39,442 nt of DNA from a virus (IMGVR_UViG_3300042874_000072:1-39442), one strand, 5' to 3'. Shown: positions 9,580 to 20,681, counted from the stretch's first letter. The notes: generated by a model from the letters alone, not told the origin. Made by a program: numbers and translations.

Positions 9580-11553
9580 ATGAGTAGTGGTAATATAATG
9601 GTTCCTACTATATCGAGGCCCGGAATGGGAGAGCGTGAAGCTCCGTACACAGGGTTTGCTAAAAGCCAACTTGCTATTTTACGCAGGCAGATGGAACTTG
9701 GTGGTCTAAAAATTGGTGAGCGTAGAATTAGGCTGGACGATGGCGCTGAGGTATTGTGCAGCATTAATTATAATTATGAAAGTGTTAGTATTAAAGTGCT
9801 AGCACCGGCGCTTACAGAACAACTGGCAAGGCTAGAAAAAGATTGCATTTTTTATGCCGAGATTGTACTTGGAGACTCTTATTCGTCAGATACTTTTACT
9901 ATTTACAGCGTGCATGCAGTACCTGACGACTATATAGGTATTCCTTACTCCAGAGGTAAGTGGTGTTATGCAGACTTTGAAAATGCTCTTATTAATATTA
10001 TACCTGCAGGTATGCTTTATTTTGTGAAGTTTACGTACAACCACAAAACAAAAAATATTATTGCTGAGTTGATGGCTGATTATTCTGAAATTCAAAAAGG
10101 TAATAGAGATATGTGCAGGTGTCTATGCTATGGTGGCACCATGCACTATCAGTATGGGCAGTTCAGGTACCATGTGTATCATCCGCTATTTGGTGATACA
10201 CTCCCAAGCACAAATGCTTATGTTGTGTATAACTATGAAAAGTATGACACTCCCGGCGGTGTATACGGGGCTGGTGGCTACAAAATGCTTGTTGTTGCAA
10301 CAGAGACTAAGTTATATAGAATGGTTTTAACTAATGGTGTAGCTACATTTGTAGAACTCACTGGGCCAATACTTAATGGCTGCCCTGTCTTTTTTTCCAG
10401 AAATAAGATGGAGGCTGTATATGTAGATATTAGCACTTTTGAAGTATGCACTATATCGTACAATGATGAATCTTACTCAGTTAACAGAGTAAGTACATAT
10501 AGTGACATAATTACAAACAGCACATACAACACGCACACAATTAAATACGCAATAGCTGCTGATTATTATAACGGTGAGATAAATATAGCATATATTCAGA
10601 TTGAGCAATTTGTAGGACTTTTACCAACTACGTCAGTGTCTATAAGTGTTATCATAGATTATTTTGTAGCTCTCGCCACTACTGCTGGGTATACTACGGG
10701 TGGTAAAGTGCTTGAGATAAAGTTTATATCTCGTAATATAAATTGTGTACTGTATTCGAGGACGTATTATAGTCACTATGGGGCTACCAGTGTGCATACA
10801 AACTGGGACTCTAGTGCTGGTGATTGGACGCCAGCCGAGTGGTGCGATTGGGACTGGTTCTATGGTACAAGACCAACTGTGACAAATACATACGACACAG
10901 TATATACCCACACACTAATAGAAAACTTACGTCTCGATAATGATAGTACAACACTAACTACTGTTACAGTTACTGGTTATACATCTACGAGTACAGCATA
11001 CTCCGGTGAGGATGGAGGACCAACAGGAACTATAGTTACTGAATACTTAAATATAAATGGTACACGCAGCATTTCAGTAACCGACCCGTTAGGAGGTTCT
11101 GAATACTTTAGTGGTGGTTATTCAAGTAATACAGTTACCCGTGCGGGTTCTGTAATTTCGTATACGCCGCCAGTGTATCCTGTGTTTATGGAGGAGACTC
11201 AAGGGCCATATTACCTAACAATGCAGACACTGTTTGGTATGGGTATACATGACAGTGCTAATATCCTAACACCAAGTATGGTGGATGGGTTAACGTGTTC
11301 AATGTCACCTCCTTGGGGACTTGCTCAGTATTTTTGCACAGTGTTTAATAAGAGAGTAATTTTTAGTGACGTTGGTCTTATACTAGTATCACACGTTCTT
11401 AATGGTACAAAGACTGCAACATGCTCTCTTGATAGTAGTATAGTAGAGAAGGTTGCTGAATTATTAAACACTACGTATGAAACAAACTTTTCTGCAGCTG
11501 ACATACATTTGATTTTTCACAATGCTTGTTACGATGTAAAAATAACTACGTAA
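9580..11553 (+). CDS. putative tail/receptor-binding protein
   Basis: 657-aa Tyr/Thr-rich beta protein in the tail module. Confidence 0.45.
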   Translation: MSSGNIMVPTISRPGMGEREAPYTGFAKSQLAILRRQMELGGLKIGERRIRLDDGAEVLCSINYNYESVSIKVLAPALTEQLARLEKDCIFYAEIVLGDSYSSDTFTIYSVHAVPDDYIGIPYSRGKWCYADFENALINIIPAGMLYFVKFTYNHKTKNIIAELMADYSEIQKGNRDMCRCLCYGGTMHYQYGQFRYHVYHPLFGDTLPSTNAYVVYNYEKYDTPGGVYGAGGYKMLVVATETKLYRMVLTNGVATFVELTGPILNGCPVFFSRNKMEAVYVDISTFEVCTISYNDESYSVNRVSTYSDIITNSTYNTHTIKYAIAADYYNGEINIAYIQIEQFVGLLPTTSVSISVIIDYFVALATTAGYTTGGKVLEIKFISRNINCVLYSRTYYSHYGATSVHTNWDSSAGDWTPAEWCDWDWFYGTRPTVTNTYDTVYTHTLIENLRLDNDSTTLTTVTVTGYTSTSTAYSGEDGGPTGTIVTEYLNINGTRSISVTDPLGGSEYFSGGYSSNTVTRAGSVISYTPPVYPVFMEETQGPYYLTMQTLFGMGIHDSANILTPSMVDGLTCSMSPPWGLAQYFCTVFNKRVIFSDVGLILVSHVLNGTKTATCSLDSSIVEKVAELLNTTYETNFSAADIHLIFHNACYDVKITT

Positions 11554-11569
11554 AACGAAGGGAGTTACT

Positions 11570-11995
11570 ATGCTTGTTTTGTCTGATATTGGCGCAGAGG
11601 CTATGCTAAAAAGGTACTTTAAAAACGTACAGCCAGCTGGTGGTGTAGACCTAACACTACGTTTGTTTGTTACTGATATTACACCAAGTGATTCTGATTC
11701 TGCTAGTGACTACACAGAAGCTACTGGTGGCGGGTATGCTGCCAAGACGTTGTTAAGTAGCAACTGGACAGTAGACATTTACGAGTCTATAGCAAGAGCC
11801 GTGTATGCTAATCAAGTTTTTACATTTACAGGTCCATTAGCTACTAATCCATCAATATACGGCTGTTATGTTACAGATGCTGATGGCGTACTAGTATTTG
11901 CCGAAAAAGCACCTAGCCCGTATACACCACTGGTAAATGACGATTTTTACATTGTTGTACCTAGCTTTAAACTTAGCAAGGGTACACCTGCATAA
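11570..11995 (+). CDS. minor tail protein
   Basis: LRLFVTD...EATGGGYA...N..FTFT pattern is common in phage minor tail proteins. Confidence 0.55.
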   Translation: MLVLSDIGAEAMLKRYFKNVQPAGGVDLTLRLFVTDITPSDSDSASDYTEATGGGYAAKTLLSSNWTVDIYESIARAVYANQVFTFTGPLATNPSIYGCYVTDADGVLVFAEKAPSPYTPLVNDDFYIVVPSFKLSKGTPA

Positions 11996-12010
11996 AGAAA
12001 GGAGTTTATT

Positions 12011-12322
12011 ATGGCTGTCGGAGATACTTCAACATTTGGGATAGTAACTATATTATCTGGGTTAGCTGCTAGTATTATGCCAAACGATACGTATGGCGAA
12101 GCAGAAGCTATTATTCATAACATACATCACTCTGCGTCTGCGAGACTAGAATACTACGACGCAATACTTGATGTTAGCATAGTTGTTGACGAGCACACTG
12201 GTGCTGGATCATGGACTGGTATGTTTCTGCATGTAAATGCTGACATAATATACCAGTTAGTAAACACCAGCGGCGCAAGTCAATACATGGGGTGGAACGG
12301 TGTTGTTACTAAGATGGCATAA
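12011..12322 (+). CDS. hypothetical virion protein
   Basis: ORF with AGGAG RBS in the tail operon. Confidence 0.55.
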   Translation: MAVGDTSTFGIVTILSGLAASIMPNDTYGEAEAIIHNIHHSASARLEYYDAILDVSIVVDEHTGAGSWTGMFLHVNADIIYQLVNTSGASQYMGWNGVVTKMA

Positions 12323-12334
12323 AGAGGTTTTACT

Positions 12335-12826
12335 ATGAACGCACACGAAAGTTTACCAGGATCTACTGGCAGAGTAGTGTATGAATCCATTTTAGCTGCT
12401 GACGCTACAACACTGGAGCTAAAACTCCCATCACTTTTAAATGAGACAGCTATGCAGCTGCTTATAGGGCTGCATTGGAACGCAGCAGCTAATGGATTAC
12501 TTATACTTAACGGAGGAAGTAGTATACCTACAAATGTAAGAGTTGTTTCTGGATACGCTGGTGGCCCGTCAACTGCTGAATCATTATCTCCGTCTGGGTA
12601 CATTGCCGGAGCAAGTGCGCTAAATGATTGTACTTTTACATCTATTGACTTAGCAGCTATTAACGGTAGATTACTTGGTATAGGCCAAACTGTAAGAACA
12701 TACAGCACAGGGCATCTTTGGAATTTGTCGTTTTTTACTGCTGTCGCCTCCATAACATCTATAGGCGTGCAATCATCAGTCGCTACTGCTATTAAAGCTG
12801 GTAGCTTTATACGATTGGTACGGTAG
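12335..12826 (+). CDS. putative tail fibre tip-like protein
   Basis: C-terminal ITSIGV...IKAGSFIRL pattern resembles tail-fibre C-terminal domains. Confidence 0.45.
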   Translation: MNAHESLPGSTGRVVYESILAADATTLELKLPSLLNETAMQLLIGLHWNAAANGLLILNGGSSIPTNVRVVSGYAGGPSTAESLSPSGYIAGASALNDCTFTSIDLAAINGRLLGIGQTVRTYSTGHLWNLSFFTAVASITSIGVQSSVATAIKAGSFIRLVR

Positions 12827-12832
12827 CGTGTT

Positions 12833-13243
12833 ATGTCTATAGAGCTAACTACAGGCTACATAGTATTTGATTCTGGTATTAGTGAGACAGGCAGGCACAG
12901 TTTATTACTAGAGACTGGCCAGCCTATAATACCATTATCTGACCCTAATGAACTTTTTATTGCAGGGGGTGGTGTATGTAACGGTAAGCTTGCACCTGAT
13001 ATGTTTTTGGTCCTTGGTGGTGGTGTAGTAGCTTCTACGTGTTTTTCTAACCTAAGTCAACTTGACATGTCCGGCGGGTGTGTAGGAGCCGGTATTTTCC
13101 TCGGTATGACTCTTGTTGCAGTATGTGGTAGTGTAGGTGGTGGACATCAGTTATGCACTAGCATAGTAACAGATGCAGGTACTATAATTCCTGTGCTGCT
13201 AATACGTGTAAGTCATACTATAACGCTGGAGAGAAATATATGA
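12833..13243 (+). CDS. Gly-rich hypothetical protein
   Basis: Repeated GGG-x motifs; overlaps the next start (ATGA). Confidence 0.5.
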   Translation: MSIELTTGYIVFDSGISETGRHSLLLETGQPIIPLSDPNELFIAGGGVCNGKLAPDMFLVLGGGVVASTCFSNLSQLDMSGGCVGAGIFLGMTLVAVCGSVGGGHQLCTSIVTDAGTIIPVLLIRVSHTITLERNI

Positions 13244-13872
13244 ATATACTTGTGCATAAGGGTGAAGATTTAGCCGGTAGCTATACATTAGAGTTCAGTG
13301 GGGCTGTTGATTGGGCTGGCACTGCTGATCTATATAGCACGTATCCGGGCGGTGCAGTTATAGCTTCCAGCCAACTTACGTTCACTGGTACTGCACTCAC
13401 ATTTTCTTTTTCGGCATCTGAAGTATTGAATATAGCCAATGGGATTTACACACTTGTTGCGTCTATTACAAGTACGACGCTTAGTGCTTCACTATCGTCA
13501 ATATCATACGTTACTATTGCTGCTATGTTAGGCAGTAATGCTGCACTTACCACCCTCACTATGACTATTCTTAAAGCTGATGGAACACCTGCAGGCAGAG
13601 AAACTAGAACTGTGCAAAATACTGTAGACGGGTCTATTATTCTACTAACGTACGAAGGCGTAAAAGTTACAGCCTTTTTACAAACAGCCGATGCACTATC
13701 AGGTAATATAGTAGGTATTGAATTAGTGACAACAACCACAAATGCTGCAGGGTATGCTGAACTACAAGTACTTAAAGGCTTGTCTGTCGTTGTGTCTTGT
13801 CCTTCTTTTGGCAAGACAGTCACTGTCGATACAACCGGACTTGATACTATTGACCTGAGTAGTTACTTCTAA
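13240..13872 (+). CDS. hypothetical virion protein (two beta domains)
   Basis: 210-aa ORF; TTTTNAAGYA pattern suggests a carboxypeptidase-regulatory/Ig-like C-terminal domain. Confidence 0.55.
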   Translation: MNILVHKGEDLAGSYTLEFSGAVDWAGTADLYSTYPGGAVIASSQLTFTGTALTFSFSASEVLNIANGIYTLVASITSTTLSASLSSISYVTIAAMLGSNAALTTLTMTILKADGTPAGRETRTVQNTVDGSIILLTYEGVKVTAFLQTADALSGNIVGIELVTTTTNAAGYAELQVLKGLSVVVSCPSFGKTVTVDTTGLDTIDLSSYF

Positions 13873-13881
13873 GGAGATTTT

Positions 13882-15183
13882 ATGCCATTACCAGGAATTG
13901 ATCCAATCACTGACAGTGGTGGAACATACACAAAAGCGTTTGAAATTTTAAACTCTAAGTATATAACTGCAGGCAACTGGGCAACATGGGCAGCAGGACT
14001 GTTAGAGGCTGACATCGCTAAGATAACAGAGGGTCTAGAAAATGCTGAAATTAGCACAAGCATTGCTACTCTTCTTAGTCTCCTCGATACTGTTATATCG
14101 TATACTCCTGGAACTGTAGAATCATACGTAGCTCCGGCGGCCCCAAGCTATACGGCTTTACCGTCATACTCTGCGCCTACGCGCGACAGCCTTATGGCTA
14201 TACCATCTGTTGGATCTGTAACACTACCGGCTGAGCCAACAGCTACAATGGTATTTACTAACAGTTCTTTCAGCGACACCCTTTTAACGGAGCTAAAAAA
14301 TAAAATATTAGATAGCCTTGACACTTCCAGTACTGGCTTAGGCAGCGCAGAAGAGGCCTTGTTCACACGGGCTACTGAGCGTTTAGCTGAAGAACGAGCA
14401 TTGGCGTATACTGAGCAAACGTCACAATTTACAGCTAGGAAATTCCCAATGCCGCCAGGAGCGTTTGACGCTAAGGTTACGGCGATAACAGCAGAAGGAA
14501 GTAGGCGACTTGCAGATGTTAACGCAGAAATAATGTCTGAGTCGGCTAAGCTAGCACTGGACTATAATAAACATGTTCAGACTACAGGCCTTCAACTTGT
14601 TGCTGCTATTGGTGAGTTTTTTAACAGCAAAGTACAAAGGGACTTTGAAGCAGCAAAGACTAATGTTACTCTTGCGCTGGATACGTATAAGGCACTACTT
14701 GACGGGGAAGTAGCTAAGATTGATCTAAGCAAAACTACTATTGATGCGGCTGTAGCTTATAACGATGGCATTGTTAAGGTTTACCTTGGTGATATCCAGG
14801 GACAAACTACACCTATGACAGCTATAGCACAAAGTAACGCAGCTGTTGCTCAAGCATACATGGCATCTGTGCAAGGTGCGGCAGAGAGTGTTAAGGCATC
14901 TGTCATACCTGAAGATTTAGCCTTGCGCGTTATGGATGCGCAGACTAGGGTACTAGCTACGAAAGGAGATATTACTTCAAAGGCAGCTGGACTTACTATC
15001 GAGGATGCAGCTAAGAGACTAACACTTGAAGTTGAAACTCTCAGGGGATTAGCACAGGCCTCCGCGCAGATTATTGCAAGTTCACTTAACGGTGTTAATG
15101 TAAACAGCTCGTTTAGTTGGAGTGGTAGTTCTTCATACAATGATACTACTAGCAACAACACAAATATCAATATAGATCAATAG
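13882..15183 (+). CDS. putative internal virion/ejection protein
   Basis: 433-aa helical Ala-rich protein with FTARKFPMPPG; first of three genes ending the structural module. Confidence 0.5.
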   Translation: MPLPGIDPITDSGGTYTKAFEILNSKYITAGNWATWAAGLLEADIAKITEGLENAEISTSIATLLSLLDTVISYTPGTVESYVAPAAPSYTALPSYSAPTRDSLMAIPSVGSVTLPAEPTATMVFTNSSFSDTLLTELKNKILDSLDTSSTGLGSAEEALFTRATERLAEERALAYTEQTSQFTARKFPMPPGAFDAKVTAITAEGSRRLADVNAEIMSESAKLALDYNKHVQTTGLQLVAAIGEFFNSKVQRDFEAAKTNVTLALDTYKALLDGEVAKIDLSKTTIDAAVAYNDGIVKVYLGDIQGQTTPMTAIAQSNAAVAQAYMASVQGAAESVKASVIPEDLALRVMDAQTRVLATKGDITSKAAGLTIEDAAKRLTLEVETLRGLAQASAQIIASSLNGVNVNSSFSWSGSSSYNDTTSNNTNINIDQ

Positions 15184-15192
15184 GAGGAGATT

Positions 15193-15834
15193 ATGTGGAG
15201 TAACAGTGAAATTAAGGATTTCCAAGCTGGCGCGAGAGAAGCAACACTGAAAAGAACTAAAGTTACAAAAGATTTAGATCTTAGAAATGCGTTAGAAGAA
15301 CAGAAGCTGCGGAATTCTGGGAGTGTTGCTGTAGCTAACGTAGGAAAAGATACGAAAGCTATGGAACTTGAAGCTGAAAAAGACGTAAATGCAGCTAAGG
15401 CAAAATACTACGGCAGTGAAGGTGACAAAAATGCTACTGCTACTAGTGGCATGCAGCTTGATAATAGTGCTAAAAGTCAGCTAATGCCTGATGTAGTAGC
15501 TACTGGTAAGGCATCATTGCAGGCTGAAAGAAGTGCGTCATCTTTTGACAATTCTACTACACTAGGTAAAGCTATGGCGCTGCGGTATGATGTTAATCAG
15601 ATGGATGGCACAGTAGGTTTGAGTGGGAAAATGAAAGATGATTATTACTCTAGGATGGGAGCTGGGCCTAGTCCAGTTCTAGCAACACCAAGTAATAGTC
15701 CCGCCGCACCAGTAGACCCGTTCGCCGTCACCAAAGGAAGTACGCCACTAAGCAAAAACCCAGACCGCCGAGCTGTCATTGGTCGAGTTAAAGAACAACT
15801 GCGTAAACCACAATGGCTGACTAAAGTTTCGTAG
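15193..15834 (+). CDS. putative ejection protein
   Basis: 213-aa helical/low-complexity protein; AGGAG RBS; synteny. Confidence 0.5.
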   Translation: MWSNSEIKDFQAGAREATLKRTKVTKDLDLRNALEEQKLRNSGSVAVANVGKDTKAMELEAEKDVNAAKAKYYGSEGDKNATATSGMQLDNSAKSQLMPDVVATGKASLQAERSASSFDNSTTLGKAMALRYDVNQMDGTVGLSGKMKDDYYSRMGAGPSPVLATPSNSPAAPVDPFAVTKGSTPLSKNPDRRAVIGRVKEQLRKPQWLTKVS

Positions 15835-15841
15835 CCAGATC

Positions 15842-15866
15842 AAAATGTAAATAATTTACATTTCTG
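15842..15866 (+). repeat. dispersed palindromic site, copy 3
   Basis: CCAG-ATC-AAAATGTA-AATAATT-TACATTTCTG. Confidence 0.92.
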
Positions 15867-15893
15867 ATGCAATCAACCGAAAGGATCTGACTC

Positions 15894-18800
15894 ATGGGAT
15901 TGTTCGAAGATATACTTGCAAAATCACACAGTAGTTACATGCAGCGAGAAAGAAAAAAGGACTCGGCGTTTGCTGCTAGTAGAAATAGTGGTCCAATTAC
16001 TGATGAGTTGCGCGGTGTAAGTAAGGATACCAACCGCTCAGATAATGCTATTGACAGCATGCTTGGGAATCCAACATCTGTTGACAACGTAGCCGCGTCG
16101 TTGGCGCAAAGGTTTTCACCTACATTAGCTAAGCCGAAGTATGCTAAGTTTGGAAGTAAGATAGAAGCTGTGGATGCATCAATACCTGAAGGGCATCCTA
16201 TGTCTGGTATTGGCACCAAAGTGCGAGATGCGTATGAAGCAAAACTGCGGGATGCGTATGGTACTGGAGCCAGCCAAGCAGAGTTACAAAGTGCGGCGCT
16301 GCGTGATGTGATTACTCCTGAGGTTGTAGAAAAAAGCTATGAGTATAAGGCAAAAGAAGATAGTAGTATTAAAAACTACTTTGGGTTGTTTGGAGAGAGT
16401 AAGGTAAAAGCTCTGCCAGGTTTTGAAGAATGGAAACAAGGCAAGAAAAGTGAAAAAGAAGCTGAAGTAACTGCAAACCATACGAATCATGATATGCTTA
16501 ATTTTGGCCTTGTCGCAGGACTTGATGCGGCTGTCACAGTTGGTGGCGCAGCCCTGGCAGGAACAGCTGCAGCGTTGAGTGCTCCGGTGGTTGTAGGCGG
16601 GGCTCTTATTGCTGGCGCTCTTGCAATCCCAGCTGGTAGAGTAGCCGGATACATGTCTGAGAAGTTTAGTAAAAGTGACTTTGGTACTTTCCACGAAGAT
16701 GACGCGCAGGGGAAAATAGTAGGAGCCACTGTTGGCGCAGCTGCGCTGGCTGCCGGAGGTAAGGGGAAGGTAGTACGTAGCGCACTCGGAGCTACCGGTG
16801 CAGCACTTGGCGCGCTAGACCCAGCACTTGGCATAGACTTGTTAGGTTGGACTGGCGCTGAAGCAGCCTTGCGGCATGGCGGTGAAGCTGCGCTGTCAAA
16901 ACTAATAAGAGCCGGTAAAATAAACGAGTCATCATTTGAAGCACTCAGGTCTAATGGTAGTGCTGCTAAGGTTATTGATAAGTTCCAGGCAGAAAAGGCT
17001 AGTAAGGTTGCAGCCGAGGCTGTAACTGCTGATGGTGTTAGAAAAGCGGCTGAAAAAGCACTATACGAAGCGGAGTTTGCACGACTTGAAAAAGGTGATA
17101 GGTTAAGTACTGTACTGCAGAAACGTATGTATAACTTGAACCATGCGGATGATGCAGTGAAAAAAGACCCATCAATTGCTGGTGATGTAACAGGAGATGC
17201 AATTGAACTGGCTGATGAGCTGCAGCTTGCTCGGCGCCTTGCTACTCCCGGCGGGCCCAATGCAGTTACACGTAATGAACTTGCTGCGCCGGTTGTGAAG
17301 AGTAAGAGTAAGAGTAAAGGCAAGGGCAAGGGTGCTGTAGTTGTCTCAGCAGTAGATGAAATTGAAAAGGCTCATTTTAATTCGTTCCTAGACGAAATGA
17401 AAAGTCATAACAGTAGCGAGTGGGTAGCATCTGTGGATAGGATGCTGCAAGGGCAAAAAGAACGTGATGTATTTACAAAGCTGTACAATGTTGCTGAAAA
17501 ACCAACCAGCCTCAGTGATGGGTTGAGTTCATTAAGCTGGGATGGTCTAAACAAAGTTATTGGCGATGGCGCTGAGGCTGGATGGAAGACACTCAGCATT
17601 GGCGAAAGAGTGCAGATTGTTAGTGACGTCGAGAATGCTGCACATGCGGCGCAGGTAAGAAGTTTGGGCACTGTGCCAGGTGCTAGTAGGTTAGAGGAAA
17701 TTAAAAAACCGCTTAAGAAAGCATTAGCTGACGGTCTTAAGGATACGCCAGAGGCACTGGCTGGTAGACTGCAGGCAGTTATCGAAGGGCCAAAAAGTCC
17801 GTATGCTAAGGCCGGGAATGTAGACCTGCAGACGCTCCAAGTTGACCTAGCTGATTTTGGATTTGACTCTGTGCAGCAGTTAGCCTTTGCAGCTACTAGA
17901 GAAGGAACTGTTAAGGCACCTAAGAAATTAGCTGCGTTTGAAGAAGCAGTAACAGCGCTTAGGAATGGCAGTGGAAGTAATTTGGTAAAGCTTGGATTTT
18001 CAGGAATTGTAGGAAGTACAATAGCTGACAGTGTGTTAAATGCAGAGTACCTACCGCAAATTGAAATAGCTGATGGAACTGTTGCAGCTGAGGCAAACAA
18101 GCAAAATGTGTACATAGAAACACCTGAAAATGAGCACAAAGTTGGAACACAGCTAGGTGATGCTGCTCTTAGTTTTGCTGAGGTTGTCGGCAAAAAACTA
18201 GACCCGCTTGTTTCACTTCTTGGTCCGGCTGAAGCAGAAGCAGGCGGTTTTGACGCAGCTGCTAAGCTGGTAGGAAACCTTAAAATATCACAGGCAGCAG
18301 CCATTGTTGCAAAAGACGCTGGTGATGGCGTGACAGCTATGAAGTATGCCTACGATGCTGGGTTAGTGTTCCAAGACTTACCGAAGGGCGCACTAAGCGC
18401 AAGGGGTGTACGTACAGGTTTTATAGACACCGCGCCTAAGGGTGAAGCAGAAATGCAACAAGTGATTAGGCGGTTAACTAATGCTGTACCTGGGCAATCT
18501 TTTACTACGCCGTATTTTAACAGCCAGACGCTACTTAAAACAGCTAATGATGGTGACAGATTTCTTGGAAATCCAGCTATCCAACTTGCACATGGGCAAA
18601 GTGCTGTGTCACATAATTCCAGGCAGTCATTTGAAATCCTTGACAATATCTACAAGGTTAACGGAATTAAGTTGATTAAGGAGCACAGTAAAACTATTGA
18701 AGAAACAATGCTGCCAGTGCAAAAAGCGTTTGACGGTGTAGCTACTGAGTTAAGGGCGCAAGAAGCTGCAGCTGTGCAACTGCGAAAGACACTGGCGTAT

Positions 18801-20681
18801 CTGGAGGATGAAGCAAGTAAGGGAGCAGAGTTTGCAGCTAATATGGCGCCTATTATAAGTAGTAAGAAGTTAGCTCTAGCTGAGATAGATGAAGCCATTA
18901 AGACATTAAAGCCATCATTTGATGACGCTACAAAAGAAGTTGAAATTGCACATAGGTCACTGGCAAGTAGGTTCCCAGAAGCTAGGTTGTCATTAGCTAT
19001 TGAGGATACTGCCGATCTGGCTGAGAGACCATGGCTGAAGGATATGTTGTCCCCAGGTGAAAAGCGAGCAGTGTTGCAGATTCAAGATCTTATGACGGAG
19101 TATAAGGAGAGAATAACTTCTGTTATGGGCAAAGACGCAGTGTTGTCACGCGGGTACATTAAGCACTCACGTGCTATCCTGCCAGAACAAGTTGAACGAC
19201 TTAGTTCTTTGGAAGCTAAACTTAACAGACTTGGGCTTAACGGTAAAGATATTTTAGCCCTCACAAAACTGCATGAAAGAACTCGTTTCAGCCAACAAAT
19301 GATTCCTGACGTTGGAAGGAATATGGCAGACTATGTGCCTGACGTAGAAACTAGGTTAATGAACGCTGATTTCTGGAACAAATGGAAGCCGTTTAAGGAT
19401 AGTACTACTGTTAAAGAGTCGCCAGCCCTTAGTGGGATGTTTGATAGAATAGCTGCTAGTGCTAAACCACCAGAAGATACCATGCTCCGCAGGTTGTCTA
19501 CTAATTATGCAAAAGTTGAGACTGTGAGATTACTGGCTGGTTTGGCATCAGCACCAGCGAAACACCTTTTTAAAGTTCTTGGTGATGTAAGCCAGCTAGG
19601 TTTGCTAAACACTACTGTTGTTATGAAAGACGCTGGTGCTATGGCCATGCGTAACTTTGTACGCATCCAGGGAGATAAGTTGTATAAGGCAGGATTTTTG
19701 GACAAGAAAGTCAGTGATACTCTTTTCACAAAAACTAAGAGTGTTGACTCCTTTGTGGCGGCGGTGATAAACCAGCGTGGGATGATTGACTACCTGAGTG
19801 ATATTGAAAAGACTTACGGCGTTGGACATCGAAGTGCTATTGACAAAATATTAGATCCATTAACAGACATCGCTGGCGTTGGTATTAAAGTTATTGAGAC
19901 ATTCGACAGAACAGTGTCGGTGTTGGCTGCAGCTAGAATGGCTCAAAAGCCAGGGCTAACTGGGCAACAATCTATGTACGGTATTTATGATACTATTTTA
20001 AAGAATAACTTTTTGTCTGGCCAGTTGAATAGCGCATGGGCTAAGGATCCTAACGTACGAGCACTCTTTTTGTTCCAGAATACGCCGTTTAAGATTTGGG
20101 AAAGAAGAATAAGTAATGCTGTAATAGCAGGCGGGGATTTGAAAACTGCTATGGGTGTGATAAAAGCGCAAGAGTTACCGGCCGCGCTAGCTGAGTTACA
20201 GGGCATGCGAAAGTGGGCAGCACAAGCGGCACAGGCGTTTAAGTCTGGCATGCTGCAAGATGCACTGAAAAGTAGTAAAGATGTTTTTGGAAATAGCGTC
20301 ACTGGGCAGTTTGTACGTGAAGCACTGGGTGCAGGTGTAGTTCTTAGTGGCGGCTCGGCGTTAGGAGTTAATCTTCATGGCCACATGCTGCATACGCCGT
20401 TTGTAAGTACTGGGTATAGCGGCTCACCAGAAGTTAGCATGTCTCCAGTAACTAAAGCAGCAGTGTATGCTAGTACAGGTAAGAAACCGGCTGGGTTTGA
20501 CGACTGGGATAGCGACGATGATCATAGTGTAGTTGTTGACTTCTTCAGACATTGGTACGGTACAGCTGGATTTTCACTCATGGCCAGTAAGTTTGGCCGA
20601 ATATCTAACGATGATATACCGGAGCAGTATAAGGATAGTAAATTTAAGTTCTTGTTTGCTATGCCAGCTGTGGAAGAGTAA
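15894..20681 (+). CDS. large internal virion/DNA ejection protein
   Basis: 1595 aa, Ala-rich and helical, with hydrophobic Gly/Ala segments at ~aa 200-320; last gene of the structural module as in podoviruses. Confidence 0.6.
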   Translation: MGLFEDILAKSHSSYMQRERKKDSAFAASRNSGPITDELRGVSKDTNRSDNAIDSMLGNPTSVDNVAASLAQRFSPTLAKPKYAKFGSKIEAVDASIPEGHPMSGIGTKVRDAYEAKLRDAYGTGASQAELQSAALRDVITPEVVEKSYEYKAKEDSSIKNYFGLFGESKVKALPGFEEWKQGKKSEKEAEVTANHTNHDMLNFGLVAGLDAAVTVGGAALAGTAAALSAPVVVGGALIAGALAIPAGRVAGYMSEKFSKSDFGTFHEDDAQGKIVGATVGAAALAAGGKGKVVRSALGATGAALGALDPALGIDLLGWTGAEAALRHGGEAALSKLIRAGKINESSFEALRSNGSAAKVIDKFQAEKASKVAAEAVTADGVRKAAEKALYEAEFARLEKGDRLSTVLQKRMYNLNHADDAVKKDPSIAGDVTGDAIELADELQLARRLATPGGPNAVTRNELAAPVVKSKSKSKGKGKGAVVVSAVDEIEKAHFNSFLDEMKSHNSSEWVASVDRMLQGQKERDVFTKLYNVAEKPTSLSDGLSSLSWDGLNKVIGDGAEAGWKTLSIGERVQIVSDVENAAHAAQVRSLGTVPGASRLEEIKKPLKKALADGLKDTPEALAGRLQAVIEGPKSPYAKAGNVDLQTLQVDLADFGFDSVQQLAFAATREGTVKAPKKLAAFEEAVTALRNGSGSNLVKLGFSGIVGSTIADSVLNAEYLPQIEIADGTVAAEANKQNVYIETPENEHKVGTQLGDAALSFAEVVGKKLDPLVSLLGPAEAEAGGFDAAAKLVGNLKISQAAAIVAKDAGDGVTAMKYAYDAGLVFQDLPKGALSARGVRTGFIDTAPKGEAEMQQVIRRLTNAVPGQSFTTPYFNSQTLLKTANDGDRFLGNPAIQLAHGQSAVSHNSRQSFEILDNIYKVNGIKLIKEHSKTIEETMLPVQKAFDGVATELRAQEAAAVQLRKTLAYLEDEASKGAEFAANMAPIISSKKLALAEIDEAIKTLKPSFDDATKEVEIAHRSLASRFPEARLSLAIEDTADLAERPWLKDMLSPGEKRAVLQIQDLMTEYKERITSVMGKDAVLSRGYIKHSRAILPEQVERLSSLEAKLNRLGLNGKDILALTKLHERTRFSQQMIPDVGRNMADYVPDVETRLMNADFWNKWKPFKDSTTVKESPALSGMFDRIAASAKPPEDTMLRRLSTNYAKVETVRLLAGLASAPAKHLFKVLGDVSQLGLLNTTVVMKDAGAMAMRNFVRIQGDKLYKAGFLDKKVSDTLFTKTKSVDSFVAAVINQRGMIDYLSDIEKTYGVGHRSAIDKILDPLTDIAGVGIKVIETFDRTVSVLAAARMAQKPGLTGQQSMYGIYDTILKNNFLSGQLNSAWAKDPNVRALFLFQNTPFKIWERRISNAVIAGGDLKTAMGVIKAQELPAALAELQGMRKWAAQAAQAFKSGMLQDALKSSKDVFGNSVTGQFVREALGAGVVLSGGSALGVNLHGHMLHTPFVSTGYSGSPEVSMSPVTKAAVYASTGKKPAGFDDWDSDDDHSVVVDFFRHWYGTAGFSLMASKFGRISNDDIPEQYKDSKFKFLFAMPAVEE

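Noticed and set aside
17298-17333. AAGAGT/AAGGGC repeats
   Set aside because: They simply encode a KSKSKSKGKGKG linker
15935-20302. Long antisense ORFs (up to 299 aa) within the 1595-aa gene
   Set aside because: Shadow frames of an Ala-rich gene, with no RBS or motifs seen
15894-20681. Possible virion RNA polymerase
   Set aside because: I found no recognisable single-subunit or DxDGD RNAP motifs; composition fits an ejection protein
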